Position numbers and translations under genes: made by a program. From an uncultured virus (IMG/VR IMGVR_UViG_3300031998_000073) (taxonomy: Duplodnaviria; Heunggongvirae; Uroviricota; Caudoviricetes): a DNA stretch of 20,000 nt. How positions within the stretch are numbered: position 1 is the first letter of the stretch; each line of letters opens with the position of its first letter. Shown in pieces: positions 14,905-20,000 of this stretch. The stretch lies in IMG/VR virus record IMGVR_UViG_3300031998_000073. One strand, 5' to 3'. The notes under the pieces were generated by a model, which ran no database searches, was not told the origin of the DNA, and saw nothing but the letters and a program-made list of their open reading frames with translations.

Positions 14905-16287
14905 ATGGCTACAAAGAGAATAGCGTGGACTACGGGAAGCGGTAACATTACCTTGACTTATACTGGCCAAGGTAATGGAACCATTACTGTGGAGTCTGAT
15001 GAAAATAATCTTGGAGCTGCCAGAAGTCAGATTGTGTCTATTCATACAACCGATAATGTTAAAACAAAAAACCTTACAGTTAACCAAGCTGCTTGTCCTT
15101 TTCCTGTAGGTGACACAAAAAATTATTCTTACACAGGTTCTTATCAAGAAGTAGAATTGCCAGCAGGTCAGTATAAGTTACAATGTTGGGGTGCTCAAGG
15201 TGGTAGTAATGGAGCTAATTCAACTTATGGAATTACTGCTCAAGCTGGCGGTAAAGGTGGTTATTCTGAGGGTATTATAACGCTTTCTCAAAAAACAACT
15301 GTAAGAGTCTACGTAGGAGGTCAGGGTTCATCATCCGCTGGTGGTTTCAATGGCGGTGGAAGCACAACAGGAACTTCCCAATATAATGCAAGCAATGATT
15401 TAGGCTATTCAAAGATGGGTGGCGGTGGTGGTGCCACTGATATAAGACTTAGTGATGGAGCATTGCTTTCACGCATGATTGTAGCTGGCGGTGGTGCTGG
15501 TGGTGCTATGGCTTACAGAAGTAATACTACAACTACCACTACAAGCGTGAGTTTTGCAAGTTCTAATCTCAAGTATGATGGTTATTATTTGGAAACAAAC
15601 GGAACGCCAACTGCGGCTAATAATTGGTGTATAACTAAACCTATATATTTAAAAGCAGGAGATACTATATCTGGAACAGCAAAAGGATATGGGCCTGTTA
15701 TATACTTAGCAAAAACAAATTCTTCTGGAAGTTCTTATACAGCAATATTAACTTCAAATTCAAGTAGTTCAACATGGCCGTTCACATATACTGCAACAAG
15801 TAATATGTACGTTGCTATTTCAACTGCTAAGTCAGGTTCTTCAGCAAGTGTCACAAGCACAACAACAACAACGTCAACAAACGCAGAAGTAGGTGGTGTT
15901 GGTGGTGGTTTAATGGGTGGCGGCTATTCTTTAACCTATGTTGGATATGTGAATGAAGCTGGTACAGGAGGTTCTTTTGGAATAGGTGCTAATCAGACTA
16001 CTACAAATTATCGCTTTGCTTCTGCTGGCGGTGGTGGTGGCTGGTATGGCGGAGGAGGAGGACAGAAGTCTAATGCTACTATTATTTATGTAAAATATAG
16101 TGGTGGTGGTTCTGGGTTTGTTAACATTGCTGCTAATGCACAATACAGACCTACTGGATATACAGGATTGCAGCTTGATAGCGGTGAGACAAAGGATGGT
16201 GCTACATCATTTCCAAATACTGCTGGTACAGGCAATGAAACAGGGCACTCTGGTAATGGATATGCAAGAATAACGAGGCTGGCATGA
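14905..16287 (+). CDS. Glycine-rich domain protein with N-terminal half-BACON domain (putative receptor-binding tip)
   Basis: 460 aa. 'LPAGQYKLQCWGAQGG', 'GGGGGATDIR', 'RMIVAGGGAGG', 'GGGGGWYGGGGG' and 'GNGYARIT' are hallmarks of the ALK/LTK-like Gly-rich domain. N-terminus GxGN...N...R...VNQ is BACON-like. Confidence 0.8.
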   Translation: MATKRIAWTTGSGNITLTYTGQGNGTITVESDENNLGAARSQIVSIHTTDNVKTKNLTVNQAACPFPVGDTKNYSYTGSYQEVELPAGQYKLQCWGAQGGSNGANSTYGITAQAGGKGGYSEGIITLSQKTTVRVYVGGQGSSSAGGFNGGGSTTGTSQYNASNDLGYSKMGGGGGATDIRLSDGALLSRMIVAGGGAGGAMAYRSNTTTTTTSVSFASSNLKYDGYYLETNGTPTAANNWCITKPIYLKAGDTISGTAKGYGPVIYLAKTNSSGSSYTAILTSNSSSSTWPFTYTATSNMYVAISTAKSGSSASVTSTTTTTSTNAEVGGVGGGLMGGGYSLTYVGYVNEAGTGGSFGIGANQTTTNYRFASAGGGGGWYGGGGGQKSNATIIYVKYSGGGSGFVNIAANAQYRPTGYTGLQLDSGETKDGATSFPNTAGTGNETGHSGNGYARITRLA

Positions 16288-16355
16288 GCAGGTTTCAGGC
16301 CTGCAAACCCAGACTTTCAAGGCACAATAATATTAACAAAAAAAATATATAGATT

Positions 16356-16964
16356 ATGGCATACGCAAGTTGGTTAACCCCGTCAAAGCAGTCAGGAAGC
16401 GGCAATGATACCGTGAACTTCTCTGCTGGTTCAAACAATACGGGAAGAAATTCAAGAAGCACCAATGTTACCTTCAAGGCCGTTGGTTGCAGTGATGTGG
16501 TGGTGGCTGCTACACAGGCTGGCAAGCCAGAGTTCGGGTCTTTCAACAGCTCTACGGCTGCTGCTGACAAACTTGGACAGACTCTTACGCTGAGTGGAAC
16601 AAGTAACTCCTCAGCACTTACTTTCTCGAAGGGTACGGACAATATTGGCCTGACACTTCCTGCAACTTATACTGCTGGAGGTATGACTATCAACAATGGT
16701 GCAGCCATCACTGGAGACCCCGGTGCCACACAGGAATATGCATGGAGTATTCAGCTCACCGTTCCTGCAAACACGGGAGTCAGTGCGCTTACCTGTCAGA
16801 TTGTAGTCACTGATGATGCAGGACACACGAACACTTGTACTATTACCTTGGCTGCTGGTGATGCAACTCTGAGTGTATCACCTCTCAGCGTTGACCTGCC
16901 TTGGGATGGTTCTACAAGTGCAAGCGTGACTGTCACGTCTAACACCAACTGGACTGTTGAGTAA
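16356..16964 (+). CDS. BACON/Ig-like fibre protein with circularly permuted (split) BACON
   Basis: 202 aa. Starts SWLTPSKQSGSGNDTV...NTGRNSR...TQAG and ends LSVSPLSVDL...VTVTSNTNWTVE*. Confidence 0.75.
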   Translation: MAYASWLTPSKQSGSGNDTVNFSAGSNNTGRNSRSTNVTFKAVGCSDVVVAATQAGKPEFGSFNSSTAAADKLGQTLTLSGTSNSSALTFSKGTDNIGLTLPATYTAGGMTINNGAAITGDPGATQEYAWSIQLTVPANTGVSALTCQIVVTDDAGHTNTCTITLAAGDATLSVSPLSVDLPWDGSTSASVTVTSNTNWTVE

Positions 16965-16966
16965 TT

Positions 16967-17338
16967 ATGAGTGAGGTAATCAACGTACCTAAGATGCTGG
17001 AGCCTACTGCCAGTGACGGAAAACTGGCAAAGGCTTCGTCCATCTTTGACCAAGATGAGGGGAAGTTCCAGAGTCAACTGAATGCCCTTATCATCAAGGG
17101 TGTCACCAAGCTTGTGCAGCTTACTGGCAATATCCTTGCAGATGAGGAGCCTGACGTGAACACCCAGACTGATGTCATCTACGTCAATGATGATGCGGAG
17201 CAGCACACCGTAGGAGTGAACAATGAAGTCTATAGGACTCCAGACGGGGAACTGATGGTCATCGTGGTTCCTTCTCATGGCTACGCTGAGATCAACTTCT
17301 TAAATATTGGAGGCACTATATTTGTCAGGGGACTATGA
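16967..17338 (+). CDS. Small fibre-associated protein
   Basis: 123 aa. N-terminus resembles that of 11543-14899; beta-rich C-terminus. Confidence 0.65.
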   Translation: MSEVINVPKMLEPTASDGKLAKASSIFDQDEGKFQSQLNALIIKGVTKLVQLTGNILADEEPDVNTQTDVIYVNDDAEQHTVGVNNEVYRTPDGELMVIVVPSHGYAEINFLNIGGTIFVRGL

Positions 17339-17481
17339 GAAGAAGGGTCATTGCAACAGGTGGTGAGACACCAGTACCGGCGGAGCCATATCTTGATGTG
17401 GTTCCCAAGATGCTCTGGATAACTGACACGGTTGGCAATGATGCCTTAGTGTTGAGCAATGTAGGTTGGATAGTGCAATAG
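17335..17481 (+). CDS. 48-aa protein: basic N-terminus plus N-terminal half-BACON (not in the ORF track)
   Basis: ATGA overlap with the previous stop. MRRRVIATGGETPVPAEPYLDVVPKMLWITDTVGNDALVLSNVGWIVQ* ends just before the terminator. Confidence 0.7.
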   Translation: MRRRVIATGGETPVPAEPYLDVVPKMLWITDTVGNDALVLSNVGWIVQ

Positions 17482-17523
17482 ACTGGCTATAATTCTTTTA
17501 AATTAATAATGTGAACTGAAATC

Positions 17524-17559
17524 AAGTCAGGCTGTCTGGGAAGATGGCCTGACTTTTTT
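17524..17559 (+). terminator. Rho-independent terminator closing the structural operon
   Basis: AAGTCAGGCTGTCT-GGGA-AGATGGCCTGACTT stem followed by a T tract. Confidence 0.9.
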
Positions 17560-17595
17560 GTCTATTCACGCGAACATTATTTATATACGCACGGG

Positions 17596-17635
17596 AATTA
17601 TATGAAACATTGTCAGGGTAAACGTCGTACCTTTG
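17596..17635 (+). promoter_or_regulatory. Third copy of AATTATATGAAA-N20-TACCTTTG promoter
   Basis: 12-mer at 17596-17607 and -7 element at 17628-17635; spacing identical to the two promoters at 5.1 kb. Confidence 0.75.
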
Positions 17636-17642
17636 CAGCGGA

Positions 17643-17792
17643 GTCGGGGAGATGAGGCTTCAGGAAAAGAAAAATCCCCGACCCAAAATAAGAAGCACCA
17701 CCAACTTATTTCATGCATGCCTCACAGACAGCAGGGCCGGGGACCGTTACCCGTTCGCTATCTGTGAGGCTATGGCTGATATATGGTGGTGC
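17643..17792 (-). ncRNA. Putative structured non-coding RNA (unassigned)
   Basis: Nested stems 17695-17703/17784-17792 and 17719-17732/17757-17770 (G-U pair on the minus strand, C-A mismatch on plus), plus 17643-17650/17675-17682. Begins just downstream of a minus-strand TAACTTTG. Confidence 0.5.
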
Positions 17793-17797
17793 GGGTG

Positions 17798-17805
17798 CAA
17801 AGTTA
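17798..17805 (-). promoter_or_regulatory. Bacteroidetes -7 element TAACTTTG (leftward)
   Basis: Exact TAnnTTTG followed by CA, immediately upstream of the structured region. Confidence 0.6.
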
Positions 17806-17839
17806 AGAAAAAGTTATTAATCAACCAAAATTTGCACCG

Positions 17840-18118
17840 ATGAAAGTGGTAGAATTGTTGAAAATTAGCAGTCCGACGTTAAAAATGCTCTCAGAAAATG
17901 AGGTATCACGGCATGACTGGCGCTATGTGCAGCTGTATGAGGAGTTTCTGCGTATGCGCAGCCTGGGGGTGAAGTATGCCGAAGCCGTAAGGATGCTTGC
18001 CAAGGAGTACGGGATCAGCCGTGCCACCGTGGAAAGGATCGTCTCACGGCTTGGAAGAGAACTGTCGGAAGATGTTAAAAGACCTCACAAGGAGAGGGAA
18101 GAAAGCGGCAACACCTGA
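17840..18118 (+). CDS. Small helix-turn-helix DNA-binding protein
   Basis: 92 aa; 'AVRMLAKEYGISRATVERIVSRL' is a classic HTH. Confidence 0.75.
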   Translation: MKVVELLKISSPTLKMLSENEVSRHDWRYVQLYEEFLRMRSLGVKYAEAVRMLAKEYGISRATVERIVSRLGRELSEDVKRPHKEREESGNT

Positions 18119-18121
18119 CCG

Positions 18122-18149
18122 TTTGCATGGCTGGTAATGCGTATATTTG
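18122..18149 (+). promoter_or_regulatory. Host-type Bacteroidetes promoter TTTG-N16-TATATTTG
   Basis: -33-like TTTG at 18122-18125 and -7 at 18142-18149, followed by a 5' hairpin GGTGTCG/CGGCACC (18151-18172) and an AT-rich leader. Confidence 0.65.
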
Positions 18150-18217
18150 CGGTGTCGATGCGCAACGGCACCAGAGAGTATTCGTATTTTATTATCAACT
18201 ATTAAAATCAAAGCAAC

Positions 18218-19198
18218 ATGACAGAAGATAAGATTATCACTTTAGGATCCCAGGACGGCGGCTTCGGTGGCCGCAGCGGATGGAGTCCGGCCGACTTCGC
18301 TGCCGTGATGGGCAACAACAAGGGCAACAGCGGAGGCATCTTCGGCGGCAACGGCATGTGGGACGGCGTCCTCGGCCTGTTCGGCCTCGGCATCGTGGCC
18401 AACATGTTCGGCTACGGCGGCGGCTTCGGCGGCTTCGGCGGTGGCGGCAACGACGCTGCTGCGACGGCCTACCTGGCCAACATGGCCAACAATAACCACG
18501 GCAACGACCTGCTGATGGAGCATATCACCGGCGTAGGCAACCGCGTAGTGGAGCTGGCACAGGCCTTCAACACCTCCACCGACGCCATCCAGGCCGGTCT
18601 TGCCAACATCAACCTCGCCATGGTTCAGCTGGCATCCCAGAACAACATGAGCGTGATGCAGCTGCAGATGGCCCTCCAGAAGGGTCAGAGCGACATCGCC
18701 CTGCAGTTCTGCAACTGCTGTAAGGACCAGGCACTGGCCATGTGTCAGCAGACCAACGCCCTGATCAACGCAGGCAACGAGAATACGCAGCGCATCGTGG
18801 ACAACCAGACCGAGGGCTACCGTGCCATCCTCCAGCAGATGTACAACGACAAGCTCGAGGACAAGAACGCTAAGATCCAGGAGCTGACCGCACTCGCGCT
18901 TGCCAAGGACGGTGAGATCTCGCAGATGAAGCAGAACCAGTACATCGCCGGCATCATCGGACAGAGCCAGGCACAGACGGACGCCCGCCTGAACGCCATC
19001 TATTCCGAGGTTGAGGCCATCAAGCGCTGCCAGCCGCCCACGATCACCCTGCCCAACAACCAGTACCAGGCCGTACCAACAGGCATCGCCACCATCGGCA
19101 GCGACTTCATCGGCACGCTGCTCGTGGCCCGTCTGCTTGGCTACACCAACGGCACTACCGGGACAGGCACGACAACCGAGACCCCGGCTGCAAAATAG
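18218..19198 (+). CDS. Hypothetical phage protein: Gly-rich hydrophobic N-terminus, Cys cluster, coiled coil
   Basis: 326 aa; hydrophobic segment GVLGLFGLGIVANMFG, 'QFCNCCK', Q/N-rich heptads, strong codon bias. Confidence 0.75.
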   Translation: MTEDKIITLGSQDGGFGGRSGWSPADFAAVMGNNKGNSGGIFGGNGMWDGVLGLFGLGIVANMFGYGGGFGGFGGGGNDAAATAYLANMANNNHGNDLLMEHITGVGNRVVELAQAFNTSTDAIQAGLANINLAMVQLASQNNMSVMQLQMALQKGQSDIALQFCNCCKDQALAMCQQTNALINAGNENTQRIVDNQTEGYRAILQQMYNDKLEDKNAKIQELTALALAKDGEISQMKQNQYIAGIIGQSQAQTDARLNAIYSEVEAIKRCQPPTITLPNNQYQAVPTGIATIGSDFIGTLLVARLLGYTNGTTGTGTTTETPAAK

Positions 19199-19280
19199 GA
19201 CCGGCTGGCGGTGGTACTGCCGCCGCCTGCTGGCCTTTCTGAGAGAGTTCATCAAAAAGGTAACAAAACAACAGGAGATT

Positions 19281-19808
19281 ATGTTTTCAAATTTAGCAAA
19301 AGGTGCCCATCTGACGATTCTCGACATGGGCGACCATGTGACGGTGACGGACGGAGTGGTGGAGAGCGTGAGCCAGCCGCGCCCCAGGGACGCACAGCCG
19401 AACCAGGTGCTGGCGTCAATCGCCTTCGGGCAGCAGCAGGAGATGGTGGTGGACATCATCGTGACCACGCCTACAGGACAGCGGACTTTCCGCAACGTGC
19501 CCGCGACGGGCGCCGTGGACCGCGGAGGCTCGACGATCATCACGGAGAGTCCGGAACTGATGGACACGGAGGTGGCGAACCTCGACAAGGCCAGTGCGGA
19601 GCATATCGCCAAGACCCCTTGGCATGAGAGCGCCCGCAAGGACTACGACGGGATCCGCAAGCAGCTTAACCGCAAGTATGCCCAGGACCAGGAGCGCGAC
19701 CAGACCATCGAGAACCTGAAGACCCAGTACGGGGAGCTGAAGGAGCAGACGGCACAGATACAGGCATCCCAGCAGGAGATACTGGAGCTGCTGAAGAAGA
19801 GACCGTGA
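19281..19808 (+). CDS. Hypothetical protein with C-terminal coiled coil
   Basis: True start is probably ATG 19281 (MFSNLAKGAHL...) after an A-rich leader. The ORF-track extension to 19011 overlaps the previous gene. Confidence 0.7.
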   Translation: MFSNLAKGAHLTILDMGDHVTVTDGVVESVSQPRPRDAQPNQVLASIAFGQQQEMVVDIIVTTPTGQRTFRNVPATGAVDRGGSTIITESPELMDTEVANLDKASAEHIAKTPWHESARKDYDGIRKQLNRKYAQDQERDQTIENLKTQYGELKEQTAQIQASQQEILELLKKRP

Positions 19809-19831
19809 TCTCCGCTAAAAACGCAAGAGAC

Positions 19832-20000
19832 ATGAGCGAGAACGTAATGATCATCAAGACACGCAAGCTCTCTGCCCGCGAGGTGAAGAAGAAGCTGCGC
19901 GACTTCATCGACGAGATCAGCGACGGATGCGGCCCCGAGATCGAGCAGATGGCCGACGAGCTGAAGGACTACGGCGACCAGTTCGTGGACGCCCTGAGCG
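19832..20000 (+). CDS. Hypothetical protein (3' partial)
   Basis: MSENVMIIKTRKLSAREVKKKLRDFIDEISDG..., open to the window end. Confidence 0.6.
   Translation, partial: MSENVMIIKTRKLSAREVKKKLRDFIDEISDGCGPEIEQMADELKDYGDQFVDALS

Noticed and set aside
11543..16287. Possible diversity-generating retroelement target or template repeats in the fibre genes
   Set aside because: Repeats differ at all base types, not only adenines, and no reverse transcriptase or near-identical TR/VR pair is visible.
17652..17843. 63-aa plus-strand ORF over the structured region
   Set aside because: No recognisable protein features, and the sequence is better explained by RNA stems and promoters. A leader peptide is not fully excluded because its stop overlaps the HTH start.
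18242..19639. 465-aa minus-strand ORF
   Set aside because: Antisense shadow of two well-formed plus-strand genes with biased codons; no promoter or recognisable motifs.

Overview
The window is the virion-morphogenesis region of a tailed phage or prophage with a Bacteroidales (probably Prevotella-like) host, judged from TAnnTTTG promoters and AT-rich leaders without Shine-Dalgarno sites. It starts with the 3' end of a terminase large subunit (+). Facing it is a minus-strand operon: portal, four paralogous connector/ring-like proteins and a TerS-like gene. A divergent plus-strand operon holds a HAD-like protein, scaffold, a mini-ORF, major capsid protein, adaptor and a lower-GC fibre/spike cassette ending at a clear terminator. 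Then come a structured intergenic RNA region, a small HTH gene and conserved-looking hypothetical genes. Four observations stand out. (1) Three adjacent fibre genes carry complementary halves of a BACON domain (tip, shaft, base), suggesting a fibre that polymerises by split-domain complementation. (2) A translationally coupled 59-aa ORF copies the capsid N-arm. (3) The capsid protein has a signal-peptide-like leader. (4) The promoter AATTATATGAAA-N20-TAnnTTTG occurs three times with identical spacing, and one copy fires antisense into a structured RNA. All family assignments are by eye; no database searches were run.
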